A stretch of 64,000 bases of DNA from a virus, in the IMG/VR virus record IMGVR_UViG_3300047369_000650, positions 64,001 to 128,000 of that record, one strand, 5' to 3'. Positions within the stretch are counted from its first letter, which is position 1. The number at the start of each line of letters is the position of its first letter. The position numbers and the translations under genes were made by a program. Shown here one piece after another: positions 19,620 to 29,298 of this stretch. Below the pieces are notes generated by a model that did no database searches, was not told the origin of the DNA, and saw only the letters and a program-made list of their open reading frames with translations.

Positions 19620-19648
19620 AGTATATACTAGATTCTCTGAATTGTAAA
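19620..19648 (-). promoter_or_regulatory. Early sigma70-type promoter on the minus strand, no downstream ORF
   Basis: Minus strand reads ttttaggggTTTACA-17 nt-TATACT, the same extended motif as the other early promoters. Confidence 0.75.
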
Positions 19649-19664
19649 CCCCTAAAATAAGGTA

Positions 19665-19693
19665 TTTACATTGTATAGATATTAGAGTATAAT
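19665..19693 (+). promoter_or_regulatory. Sigma70-type promoter for the glycosylation island
   Basis: TTTACA-17 nt-TATAAT, followed by an AGGA Shine-Dalgarno and the 19722 ATG. Confidence 0.85.
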
Positions 19694-19721
19694 AGATTAT
19701 AAACAACAGGATGATTTCGTC

Positions 19722-20501
19722 ATGAAACGATTGATTTATCAAGTGTACGTTGGAAAGCGTTCAAAACTCTATGACCACTGTGTTAACTCAGTAGCAGAAT
19801 ACTGTAAAGCACACGGCATTGTACACGAAGTACAAAAAACTCCCATACTCATGATTAAACCAGATGTATTTTCTACAAATCGCAGTAGAGAATCTTATGA
19901 AAAACATGGTGGTTACTTACCAATCTATGAAAAAGAAAACGCCTTTTCATATCTTAAAACATATGATCAAGTAGCAATAGTAGATGCTGATGTATGGATT
20001 CGTCCTGGCGCTCCAAATATCTTTGACGATTTAGAACCACAGTATGATTTTGGTGGTGTCGTTGAACGTGAGATGCCTATTACAAATCAATACAAAGGTA
20101 AGATAGCAAACTATTCACGTATGCAATACCAGACTATTAAGAAAGTGGATTGGAAGTGGAATAATCTTGGTGCGGAATTTATGAATATGGGCATTATGGT
20201 TATGAACCAAAAGATCCAAAAATATTTAAGAGGAGAAACTCCAACACAATTTATTCGTCGTCCGGAGTTTAAACCATTTGTTGATGGTATGGGTGCTTGG
20301 AAATGGTCCACTGATCAGACACTATTAAATACATGGATTCGTGAAGAAAATATGAAGATTAAAAATATGGACTGGAGATGGAACGGATTATTTACTGCTA
20401 ATACTCGCATTAAAGAGTGTCACTTTGTTCATTTCTTTTTAAAGGACCATCTTCCAAACAGAGGTGAGAATGTGGAACAATTAAGGGAATTGGTGGAATG
20501 A
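19722..20501 (+). CDS. GT-A fold glycosyltransferase (GT8-like)
   Basis: DxD motif IVDADVW, NMGIMVMN, DQTLLN and a C-terminal FVHF. Confidence 0.75.
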   Translation: MKRLIYQVYVGKRSKLYDHCVNSVAEYCKAHGIVHEVQKTPILMIKPDVFSTNRSRESYEKHGGYLPIYEKENAFSYLKTYDQVAIVDADVWIRPGAPNIFDDLEPQYDFGGVVEREMPITNQYKGKIANYSRMQYQTIKKVDWKWNNLGAEFMNMGIMVMNQKIQKYLRGETPTQFIRRPEFKPFVDGMGAWKWSTDQTLLNTWIREENMKIKNMDWRWNGLFTANTRIKECHFVHFFLKDHLPNRGENVEQLRELVE

Positions 20502-21202
20502 GTTTATGGGATGATTTTTTAAAGGATATAACTAAAGAATTTAAAAACAAAGAAAATTTTTTAAAAGGAAATACTATTAGACGTTGTCTTCATCCTACAA
20601 TGGATTCAATGACAGCAATAAAATATCTTAACAAAGTTAATCATTTAGATTTTTTAAAACCAGATCCACAAACTGGAAATCCTATACACTGTATAGACAA
20701 ATTTAGTTTAGTGACTTTACAATCATCACTATATCTAAAAACTATGATAAAAAAATCTAAGTTAGATACTATTAGTGAAATACATGATATTGGTGGTGGT
20801 TATGGAAATATGGCATGGACACTAAAAAACTATGGATATGATAAAAAATATATTATATATGATTTTCCAATTATGCATGATATTCAGAAGTACTGGTTAG
20901 GAAAACAAAATATTAAAGTTGAATATAAATCATTAGATGAGTTAGATCCGGGTAAAAACTCGCATCTTATAGGCACACATAGTATAAATGAAATGGACTT
21001 ATCTGATAGAGAAAAAATACCATTTAATAAATTTAAATCGTTTTTCATTGCACATAATAAAATATTCAATGGAATAGATAATGTAAAATATTTTAGAAAT
21101 TTAGCAAAAAAATTAGATCATACTACTGAACATTTATTTTTCGGAGATGATGATGGACCATTACAGGCATCGCACTATTGGTTAACAGGGGTTAAACCAT
21201 GA
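20498..21202 (+). CDS. Putative sugar O-methyltransferase
   Basis: SAM motif I (IHDIGGGYGNMA), YIIYDFP and THSINEM. Confidence 0.65.
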   Translation: MSLWDDFLKDITKEFKNKENFLKGNTIRRCLHPTMDSMTAIKYLNKVNHLDFLKPDPQTGNPIHCIDKFSLVTLQSSLYLKTMIKKSKLDTISEIHDIGGGYGNMAWTLKNYGYDKKYIIYDFPIMHDIQKYWLGKQNIKVEYKSLDELDPGKNSHLIGTHSINEMDLSDREKIPFNKFKSFFIAHNKIFNGIDNVKYFRNLAKKLDHTTEHLFFGDDDGPLQASHYWLTGVKP

Positions 21203-21870
21203 AAAATTTAATTATTCAACACTTTGATGGCGAACTTCGAGACCTTGATAAACTTTCAATAAAAAATATTCAAGAGTATGCTGAGATGGTTGGTGCTGAA
21301 TATCAATTAATAAGAGGCAAGCCATTTAGAAAACATCTTACATCCCCTTGTCAAAAAGTACACATGATAAATCAAGAATTTGATGAGTATGATCAAGTTT
21401 TAATGTTAGATATAGATATGTTTGCTCCGAAGAATATGAACGTAAATATATTTAAACAAGAAGGTGTTGGTTTATATGCTGATACACAGATTAGACTTCA
21501 TAGAAGATTAACTGAGTATTATCCCATGCAATCAAGTATTGAAGCACCTTATTGGGGTGGTGCAATATATAAATTAGATAGAAAACTAAGAAAAAAACTA
21601 AGAGCTGGTCTCGGCGGAAATGAAAATTGGATGAATAACTATAATAAGTTATATCATTTTGAAGATGAAGGCATTATGCACACATTAGCTTGGAAAGCTG
21701 GAATACCAATAAAAGGTATGATATTAGATAGAAAATGGTGTCAATGCAGTTTTCTTCCGAATCCAGAAAAAGCTGGATTTATTCATATTCGCACAAAGAT
21801 TACACCATCGGGACCGAAAAGAGAAAAAATAGAAAATTACAATGAACTAGTTTCAAAAGGAATATTGTAA
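21199..21870 (+). CDS. GT-A fold glycosyltransferase
   Basis: LMLDIDMF DxD motif, DEGIMH and FIHIR; N-terminal MKNLIIQH is paralogous to 19722 and 23057. Confidence 0.7.
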   Translation: MKNLIIQHFDGELRDLDKLSIKNIQEYAEMVGAEYQLIRGKPFRKHLTSPCQKVHMINQEFDEYDQVLMLDIDMFAPKNMNVNIFKQEGVGLYADTQIRLHRRLTEYYPMQSSIEAPYWGGAIYKLDRKLRKKLRAGLGGNENWMNNYNKLYHFEDEGIMHTLAWKAGIPIKGMILDRKWCQCSFLPNPEKAGFIHIRTKITPSGPKREKIENYNELVSKGIL

Positions 21871-21888
21871 AAAACAAGGACATACGTT

Positions 21889-23055
21889 TTGGAAATAAGA
21901 AACCCAATTGATTTATTGACACATAAAAGATTTGATGTTCCTATTAAATATATGTATGCATCAAATTTATCAAGTAATTTTTATAAAAATGCATATAAAG
22001 AACATTTAAGAGTTTGGAATAATTTTCGTGAAGGAACACCAAATAAAAATGGTTTTGAAGATTTTGATAATGCATTTAAATCAATAATTAATAGTGTTGT
22101 TGATGAGCCAGTTCCAGTAAATAATGAAGGACACCTTGCAAACGGCGCTCATAGATTAGCAGCAGCATTATATCATCAAAGACCTATTAATACTAGAAAT
22201 ACAAATGATAGAGAAAATTATCACATAGAATGTGATTATAGTTTTTTTATTAAAAAAGGTTTATCGCAAACAATTTTAAAAAGAACAGCATTAGAATATG
22301 CAAAACTTAAATCTAATACACACGTTATTTGTTTATTTCCTATTGCACATACTCGTATTCAAGAAGTTATGAATATAATTAGTAAATATTGTAATATATT
22401 TTATCATTCATCTACACAATTAAATTCTGAAGGGCAACTCGGATTAATGAAAGAAATATATCTCGATGATGGTTGGGCAAATGAAGAAGGCATAAGGAGA
22501 AAGGGAAATCAATGCTTTATGGGATATCCTAATGTTACATTTGTATTAGTGGATGGAAAAAATCTTGAAACTGTGAAAGAAATGAAGAAAAAAATTAGAG
22601 CATTGTTTAATGTCGGTAACCATTCTGTTCATATTAATGATTCGCATGAAGAAACTGTTAGGATAGCAAAAACTGTATTCAATGACAATAGCATACACTT
22701 TCTTAATAATAGAAAGAATATTTCTTTTCCGAAGTATAAAAAACTTATGGCTAATATGAAACCAAACGATAATGAAGTAATTACTGGTTCAACGGTATTA
22801 TCGCTATATGGTTTAAGAGATTGTAAGGATATAGATTTAATCTATTATAATAATCCGCCTGCTGACTCTCATAATCAATATTTAGAAACACACTATAAAC
22901 TAACTCTTGATGATATTATTAATAATCCACTATATCACTTGTATTATCAAGGTTTTAAATATGTGTCTTTAAATGTAATAAAGAATATGAAAAAATTAAG
23001 AAATGAACAAAAAGATATTATAGATGTAAATCTAATAGAGAAAATAAGAGCTTAA
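21889..23055 (+). CDS. ParB/Srx-like domain fused to a nucleotidyltransferase-like domain
   Basis: TTG start; LANGAHRLAAA (ParB-like GxHR) and ITGSTVLSLYGLRDCKDIDL (GS...DxD NTase motif). Confidence 0.5.
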   Translation: MEIRNPIDLLTHKRFDVPIKYMYASNLSSNFYKNAYKEHLRVWNNFREGTPNKNGFEDFDNAFKSIINSVVDEPVPVNNEGHLANGAHRLAAALYHQRPINTRNTNDRENYHIECDYSFFIKKGLSQTILKRTALEYAKLKSNTHVICLFPIAHTRIQEVMNIISKYCNIFYHSSTQLNSEGQLGLMKEIYLDDGWANEEGIRRKGNQCFMGYPNVTFVLVDGKNLETVKEMKKKIRALFNVGNHSVHINDSHEETVRIAKTVFNDNSIHFLNNRKNISFPKYKKLMANMKPNDNEVITGSTVLSLYGLRDCKDIDLIYYNNPPADSHNQYLETHYKLTLDDIINNPLYHLYYQGFKYVSLNVIKNMKKLRNEQKDIIDVNLIEKIRA

Positions 23056-23056
23056 A

Positions 23057-23878
23057 ATGAAAAACTTAATTTATCAAGTGTGGGCTGGAAAGCTTTCAGA
23101 AGAAGCAAAAGTTAGTAGTAAATTGATGAAAGCCTATGCTGAAAAAATTGGTGCAGAATATATACTTGATTTAAATCCAAATATTGCTAGTAAAATATGC
23201 GATGTTCCTATGTACTTCGAATGGTTAAATCCGATAATAGATGATAGATTTCTAAAGTACGATAAAATTCTATCAGTTGACTTAGATGTATTTCCGGTAG
23301 AAAATTTAAAAGAAAATATATTTAAAGAAGACGTTGGTGACATAGGCGCATGTACTGAACCGTTTCAAGGAAAACAGAGAGCAACAGTGACTGTAGGTGG
23401 TCACATAAATAGACAAAATGATGAAAAATGGGCAGCTGTTGTAAAGAAAAATTGGGGTATTAGTCTTCCAAGAGATGAAGACGATAATCTTAAAGTATAT
23501 AACGCTGGTATGGTGGTTTTTACTAAAGAAGGAATAGAAAAAGCAAAAGAATGGATGCCTTTCCAAGAATATATTGATTTCATGAGAAATAAAGGATTTG
23601 GAAGATTCTATACGGTAGATCAAAATTATTTCCACTTAATGGTATTTGCAAACGCAAATATAGATTTTAGAGAAATGAATAACGGATGGAATTCTCAAAT
23701 ACATTATGTTAGAGGTCCATTAGCAATAACTAACAATATAAATGATGAGAGAAATGAAAATACAAAATTTGTACATGTACAAATGACCGGACATAAGTGG
23801 AATGAACAAAGCCTTTATGAAATTGTAAATCTTTCACGAAGTAAATGGAGATTTAAATATAGTGAAATTAGTAGATAA
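23057..23878 (+). CDS. GT-A fold glycosyltransferase (GT8-like)
   Basis: SVDLDVF, YNAGMVVF, DQNYF and FVHVQ. Confidence 0.75.
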   Translation: MKNLIYQVWAGKLSEEAKVSSKLMKAYAEKIGAEYILDLNPNIASKICDVPMYFEWLNPIIDDRFLKYDKILSVDLDVFPVENLKENIFKEDVGDIGACTEPFQGKQRATVTVGGHINRQNDEKWAAVVKKNWGISLPRDEDDNLKVYNAGMVVFTKEGIEKAKEWMPFQEYIDFMRNKGFGRFYTVDQNYFHLMVFANANIDFREMNNGWNSQIHYVRGPLAITNNINDERNENTKFVHVQMTGHKWNEQSLYEIVNLSRSKWRFKYSEISR

Positions 23879-23894
23879 TCTGTAAGGAGAGCAA

Positions 23895-24533
23895 ATGGCC
23901 AAAAAGTTAAAGGATACATTACAAAGCATAATGGTTAATTACGACCCGTTTAGAATAAAAGAAAGAGAAAGTAAAAGTGGTAAACCAGTGGGTAGATCAC
24001 TAGTGTTAGAAAATTTGATTAAAGAAAATAATCTGAAAACTGGAGCTGAATTAGGCGTAAGAGCTGGTGAAAATTATTATTATCTACTAGCGCACTGCCC
24101 TGATCTTGAATTACTCGGAGTGGATCTATTTCAAATACAACCAGAAGGTGCTGGTGAAGGCCATAGGCGCAAAACTTTTGAAAAGCCAGAGCACGGCTTT
24201 TCATATGACTTTGAATCATATTATAAATTTATTCAAGAACTACAAAAAGAATTTGGGCCTCGAGCAAAGTTTATTCGCGATTGGACTACAGAAGCAGTTA
24301 AACAAATACCAGATAATAGTTTAGATTTTATTTTTCTTGACGCTGACCACGCATATAAAACAGTAGTAAGAGATATTGAAGATTGGAATCCAAAAGTCAA
24401 AAAAGGTGGATATATTACCGGTCATGACTGGTACCAGTCTCCAGTTAAAAAGGCAGTTACGGATGTTTTAGGTAGAAAAGATATTCAAATAAAACAAGAC
24501 AACGTATGGATATATAGGAAAAAGAATGATTAA
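23895..24533 (+). CDS. Class I SAM methyltransferase (Methyltransf_24-like)
   Basis: GAELGVRAG, LDFIFLDADHAY and GGYITGHD. Confidence 0.85.
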   Translation: MAKKLKDTLQSIMVNYDPFRIKERESKSGKPVGRSLVLENLIKENNLKTGAELGVRAGENYYYLLAHCPDLELLGVDLFQIQPEGAGEGHRRKTFEKPEHGFSYDFESYYKFIQELQKEFGPRAKFIRDWTTEAVKQIPDNSLDFIFLDADHAYKTVVRDIEDWNPKVKKGGYITGHDWYQSPVKKAVTDVLGRKDIQIKQDNVWIYRKKND

Positions 24534-25098
24534 TTCTGAATTAGGACATGTAAAAACTCTTGAAGAGTTTAATAGTGAAATTCGTAGACAGCAAGAAGAA
24601 GCGCATGGTAAGGGTTATACCGATATTCATGATGCAATACAAAAATATCTAAAAAAAGAAGATGTTTATATGGAATTTGGTACACACCAGGGTGGAACCG
24701 CTTCTGCTGCTATGTTAGCTAAACCTAAAAGTGTTATTATGGTAGATATAGATCCTTCAAGATATTATAAATTTCTAAGCCCTATTGCTAATAAGTTTTG
24801 TGAAGAAAATAATATTGAACTAAAGATGAAACAGACTAGTTCAATAGGGCTAGGAGCAGTTGCAAATTGTGATATGCTTGTAATAGATTCAGTTCATACC
24901 ACTACTTTTATGAATCAAGAGTTATCTTTACATGGGGGAAATGTAAATAAGTATATTATAGCACATGATACCAGTGAACTATTCGGAAAGAAAAATGACA
25001 GTTTATTCCAAGTCTTAAATAATTTTGCAATTGCAAATAATTGGAAAATTATTGAAAGAGGGACAATAAATGTTGGATACACAGTTTTAGGAAAGTAA
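24526..25098 (+). CDS. Class I SAM methyltransferase
   Basis: MEFGTHQGGT, DMLVIDSVH and IIAHDT. Confidence 0.7.
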   Translation: MINSELGHVKTLEEFNSEIRRQQEEAHGKGYTDIHDAIQKYLKKEDVYMEFGTHQGGTASAAMLAKPKSVIMVDIDPSRYYKFLSPIANKFCEENNIELKMKQTSSIGLGAVANCDMLVIDSVHTTTFMNQELSLHGGNVNKYIIAHDTSELFGKKNDSLFQVLNNFAIANNWKIIERGTINVGYTVLGK

Positions 25099-25102
25099 TC
25101 AA

Positions 25103-25669
25103 ATGGAAGTTTATAAGTACGAAGATTATGATGACTATATCAGATGGCAAAAGAAAATTAATAAGTCAAAAAAAGGATGGGTATATGTAAAAGAAAAGAC
25201 GATTGAAAATATATCTAAAGAATGCCCGTTTGCTTCTCAGATATTATGCCATGGAACTAGAGCAGGTGCTGAACAAAAATATTTTAAAAAATATCTGCCA
25301 AATGCAGAAATAATAGGTACTGAAATAGGCGATAATGCTTTAGAATATGAAATGACCATACAACACGATTTTAATAAACAGTTACCCGAGTTTATTAATA
25401 AATTTGACATTGTTTATTCAAATTCTTTTGATCACAGTATAAACCCAAAAGAAACTTTAAAGGTATGGGGAAATCAATTAAATAATAATGGAAAATTATT
25501 TTTAGAATTTAATGAAAGAGATAGCGTTAAAAATTATGCTCCAGATCCCGTTTATGCAACTAATAAAGAAATAGAAAAATTGCTGATTCAAGAAAATCTT
25601 AACATTATTAAAAAATTAACTAAAGATAATAAAAGTGGTGGTGTAGTTTTTGTTTGTAAGAAAGGATAA
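25103..25669 (+). CDS. SAM-dependent methyltransferase-like protein
   Basis: LCHGTRAGAE, IIGTEI, FDIVYSNSFDHS and GKLFLE. Confidence 0.7.
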   Translation: MEVYKYEDYDDYIRWQKKINKSKKGWVYVKEKTIENISKECPFASQILCHGTRAGAEQKYFKKYLPNAEIIGTEIGDNALEYEMTIQHDFNKQLPEFINKFDIVYSNSFDHSINPKETLKVWGNQLNNNGKLFLEFNERDSVKNYAPDPVYATNKEIEKLLIQENLNIIKKLTKDNKSGGVVFVCKKG

Positions 25670-25680
25670 AAAGTTTTAAA

Positions 25681-26379
25681 ATGGAAGCTTATGCTATAGT
25701 AATTGAAGGTAATGAAATATCTGAAGCTGGATATGCAGCTTTAGCTAAAAGTTCATATGATGTAAAAAATGAATTTAAACTGAAACAGTTTAAAGCCATT
25801 ACTCCCGATGTAGTAGAAAAAGATATGTATGATCAAGATGTTCAATGGACATATCCTTGGGAAGGTTCTGTTGTTGATTTTGCTTCGGGTCTTACAAAGT
25901 CTGCTTATGTGACTGCCAACCCAAAGGCAAGAATGGCATGTGCCATGAGTCATTTTTCTTTATGGCAACTTTGCTTTGAAAGAAGACAACCTATTATTAT
26001 ATTAGAACACGATGCTATCTTTACTCAGAAAATAGATTTTATACCAGATGATACCGGATTTGATATTGTTGGTTTAAATAATCCTCTTGGTGCTACTCGT
26101 AGAGCAAAACAATATCATGATTCCATATTAAAAAATAAGCAAGCATTTCAGCTAACACCTTATGTGGATGAAGATATGAAAGCTCCTCAAGGGCTTGCTG
26201 GAAACTCAGCATACTTCATAAAACCAGAGGGTGCCGAACAAATGATTTCTTTGGTTTATAAGTATGGTATGTGGCCAAATGATGCACTTATGTGTAGACA
26301 ACTTGTAAATGGGTTAGGAGTAACTAGAAAATTCTATACTAGAATACAAGGCCTTAAATCAACTACAACAAGGAGTTAA
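25681..26379 (+). CDS. Glycosyltransferase family 25-like
   Basis: ACAMSHFSLW, IILEHDA, GNSAYFIKPEGA and PNDAL. Confidence 0.8.
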   Translation: MEAYAIVIEGNEISEAGYAALAKSSYDVKNEFKLKQFKAITPDVVEKDMYDQDVQWTYPWEGSVVDFASGLTKSAYVTANPKARMACAMSHFSLWQLCFERRQPIIILEHDAIFTQKIDFIPDDTGFDIVGLNNPLGATRRAKQYHDSILKNKQAFQLTPYVDEDMKAPQGLAGNSAYFIKPEGAEQMISLVYKYGMWPNDALMCRQLVNGLGVTRKFYTRIQGLKSTTTRS

Positions 26380-26382
26380 AAT

Positions 26383-26562
26383 ATGTGGACTGTGAAAAGA
26401 GAAAAAGATGGTGAAATTATTGCAATGTGTTCTACACTTAAAGATGCTGAAGCAATGGCATGCAAAGATTTAAATCATGGAATACACTATACAATTGAAG
26501 AAATGGAAGACGGTCCAGAAATAAGAGAAGTGTACCGTTCGGTTTATAAAACAAGGTTATAA
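26383..26562 (+). CDS. Hypothetical protein (59 aa, not in the ORF track)
   Basis: AGGAG Shine-Dalgarno, ATG 26383 to TAA 26562; fills the gap exactly. Confidence 0.7.
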   Translation: MWTVKREKDGEIIAMCSTLKDAEAMACKDLNHGIHYTIEEMEDGPEIREVYRSVYKTRL

Positions 26563-26563
26563 T

Positions 26564-26896
26564 ATGAAATATGTGATAGATATTGATGGTACTATTTGCA
26601 AAGAAGTTATTATGGAAAATGGTAAGAAAGATTATGAAAATCATATACCCCTTCCCGAAAGAATTGCAAAGGTAAATAGACTGTATGAGGCTGGTCATAC
26701 TATTAAATATATGACAGCACGTGGTATTACTAGTGGTATAGATTATGAACCACTAACTAGACGACAACTTATGGCTTGGGGTGCAAAATATCACGAATTA
26801 AGTGTTGGTAAGAAAGAACACTATGATGTATGGATAGACGATAAAGCTTTTTGGAGTGAGAACTTCTTCCGTGAAACAGGAGAGACATATGAATGA
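26564..26896 (+). CDS. HAD-superfamily phosphatase (capsule-biosynthesis phosphatase type)
   Basis: YVIDIDGTIC, YMTARG and WIDDKA motifs. Confidence 0.85.
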   Translation: MKYVIDIDGTICKEVIMENGKKDYENHIPLPERIAKVNRLYEAGHTIKYMTARGITSGIDYEPLTRRQLMAWGAKYHELSVGKKEHYDVWIDDKAFWSENFFRETGETYE

Positions 26897-27734
26897 TCTA
26901 AAGTTCACATCGGCTGGTGATTTTCTAAAGAGTCAAGAACCCGTTAAACAGTTTATTGCAGCTATGGATAATAGTGGCGGTAGTGCTGGTGGTGTTCTTG
27001 ATCTATATGATAGAGAATGGGATGAGAAAAATAAAATGGAACGCATACACGAATTTCGTCTTAGAATGATGTCTGCTCCAGAATTTACAAGTGATAATAT
27101 CTTTGGTGCTATTCTCTATAAAGATAGTGTAGAACGTGGTGCTGTTAATGTTTTAGATAAAAAATGTATTCGTAGTATTATTAAGATTGATGATGGATGC
27201 GAAGCTGATGGAACATTAAAGCCCTTTGATATAGATGGTATGATACAATATACTTTAGATCATGGTTGCTACGGGACTAAAATGAGAAGTGTTGTAAAAT
27301 CTGAAAATATTATGATACCAATCGTAAAACAACAAATGATATATGCAGAAAAAATAGCTGAAGCGGGATTGGTTCCTATTATAGAACCAGAAGTACCTAT
27401 TGATCACCCATTAAAAGAAAAAATTGAAAGTAATCTTTCTGTTTATTTGGAATCTTGTCTTACTAAATTTCAAGGTGATTGTATATTAAAAGTAACACCT
27501 CCTGAAAAACCAGGCTTATATGATTATTTTACAAAATTAAAAAATGTAAAAGTAGTGTTTCTTAGTGGTGGCTATTCTACAAAAGAAGCATGTAAAAGAT
27601 TATCCAAAAATTCTGGAGTCTCGGCAAGTTTTAGTAGAGCATTAAGTGAAGGTTTAGAATATCCACAGTCGGATAAAGAGTTTAATGACGTAATAGATAG
27701 TAATATAAGAAAAATTGTATTAGCTTCTGGATAA
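26889..27734 (+). CDS. fba: Class I fructose-1,6-bisphosphate aldolase (bacterial type), auxiliary metabolic gene
   Basis: FIAAMDNSGGS, GTKMRSV, PIIEPEV, ILKVTPP (Schiff-base Lys), FLSGGYS and SFSRALSEGL. The real start is probably the ATG at 26889. Confidence 0.9.
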   Translation: MNDLKFTSAGDFLKSQEPVKQFIAAMDNSGGSAGGVLDLYDREWDEKNKMERIHEFRLRMMSAPEFTSDNIFGAILYKDSVERGAVNVLDKKCIRSIIKIDDGCEADGTLKPFDIDGMIQYTLDHGCYGTKMRSVVKSENIMIPIVKQQMIYAEKIAEAGLVPIIEPEVPIDHPLKEKIESNLSVYLESCLTKFQGDCILKVTPPEKPGLYDYFTKLKNVKVVFLSGGYSTKEACKRLSKNSGVSASFSRALSEGLEYPQSDKEFNDVIDSNIRKIVLASG

Positions 27735-27737
27735 AAT

Positions 27738-27962
27738 ATGCAACATACTATTGAAGAATTAATTAGAAGAATAGATTTAATGAAAGATAAAGCTATTCAA
27801 GTTCATAGATTAAGAAATGAATTTTCAGAGATTTCTTACAGAGAATATGATCACGAAACGTGTAAACATCTTATATCCGATATACAGTCTATAGCTATGG
27901 GTATAGCAAATGATAGACAAGGGTCTGAAATTAAAACTGAAATGGATGAATGGAAAAAATGA
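27738..27962 (+). CDS. Hypothetical protein
   Basis: 74-aa ORF tightly packed in the operon. Confidence 0.7.
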   Translation: MQHTIEELIRRIDLMKDKAIQVHRLRNEFSEISYREYDHETCKHLISDIQSIAMGIANDRQGSEIKTEMDEWKK

Positions 27963-28612
27963 AAGCTTTTGTTATAACAGTTGAAAATATTGAAGAGTCT
28001 GTACAGGCAGCAGAAAGATGTATTAACTCTGCAAGTCAGAATGGTTTTATAGTAAATAAACACTTTGGAATCACACCAGAAGATGATCCAGTAAAATTAT
28101 TTAAAGACAAGGGTCTTCCAACAAAGAATTTTGAGAATAATAAATATTCAAGATATGAAAGATGTTTATCTGCATTTCTATCTCATAGATCACTTTGGGA
28201 GTTATGTGCTGCAGATAAAAGAAATTACCTTATACTAGAGCATGATGCGATAATTAATAATGCACTATCAACTAGTATAATGCACGGAAACGAAATGATT
28301 GTTTCTCTTGGCGAACCATCTTACGGTAAATATAACACACCTCAGTCCATTGGTATAGGACCTTTAGTTTCTAAACAATATTTTCCGGGTGCTCATGCAT
28401 ATGTAATGTCTCCAAAAGGGGCAAAGGCTGCTCTTGAAAAATCTTTAACCGATGCAGCACCTACTGATATATTCTTTAATAATAATAATTTTCCATGGCT
28501 GAAAGAATTTTATCCTTGGCCAATATCGGTAAAAGAAAATTTCACTACAATTCAGAAGACTGAAGGATGCTTAGCCAAACATGGTTATAGTGAAGGATAT
28601 AGTTTATTATGA
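27950..28612 (+). CDS. Glycosyltransferase family 25-like
   Basis: AFLSHRSLW, LILEHDA and GAHAYVMSPKGA; paralog of 25681. Confidence 0.8.
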   Translation: MEKMKAFVITVENIEESVQAAERCINSASQNGFIVNKHFGITPEDDPVKLFKDKGLPTKNFENNKYSRYERCLSAFLSHRSLWELCAADKRNYLILEHDAIINNALSTSIMHGNEMIVSLGEPSYGKYNTPQSIGIGPLVSKQYFPGAHAYVMSPKGAKAALEKSLTDAAPTDIFFNNNNFPWLKEFYPWPISVKENFTTIQKTEGCLAKHGYSEGYSLL

Positions 28613-29295
28613 TTACAATAGCATGTGTATATTGGGGTGATAAATTTCCTATAGCATATCTTGAAAATCTTAGATCAATGATTAAGAGAAATACTACAGT
28701 TGAACATAAGTTTGTTGTTCTTACTGATAGACATAGAAAAGGTTTTGATTGCAGAATACTTAAACCAGGATTTACTGGTTGGTGGAATAAACTACAGCTA
28801 TTTGATACATTTCATAAACTAGGGGATAGATGTTTCTATTTTGATTTAGACACTGTAATCACTAGTGATCTTGATTGGCTATTTAAATATGATGGAGACT
28901 TTCTTGGAATTGAAGATGTTGGTTCTGTAAATTCACATCAACCGCACTTAAAAAATGTATTACAGTCGGCAGTAATGTCTTGGACTCCTATGGTTGGTGC
29001 AAGTATATGGAATGAATTTATATTAAGAAAAGATTGGGCAGTAAAATCTTTTCGTGGTGATGGAGAATATTTGCATGCATCGGTTCCAAAATATCAGAGA
29101 GAATTATTACAGAAGAAGTATCCAGGCAAATTAAAGTCATATAAGTACCAGATATATAATAAGGGTTTAGATAAAGACACATCTATTGTATGCTTTCATG
29201 GGAGACCTAGTATTATTCAAGCAATGGATGAAACAGTAGTCACGCCTATGCAAACATTTGAACCACAGGATTGGATTAAAGATTATTGGAGATAA
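28609..29295 (+). CDS. GT-A fold glycosyltransferase-like protein
   Basis: ACVYWGDKF, GWWNKLQLF, FYFDLDTVI, GDGEYL and VCFHGRP. Confidence 0.7.
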   Translation: MITIACVYWGDKFPIAYLENLRSMIKRNTTVEHKFVVLTDRHRKGFDCRILKPGFTGWWNKLQLFDTFHKLGDRCFYFDLDTVITSDLDWLFKYDGDFLGIEDVGSVNSHQPHLKNVLQSAVMSWTPMVGASIWNEFILRKDWAVKSFRGDGEYLHASVPKYQRELLQKKYPGKLKSYKYQIYNKGLDKDTSIVCFHGRPSIIQAMDETVVTPMQTFEPQDWIKDYWR

Positions 29296-29298
29296 TTT

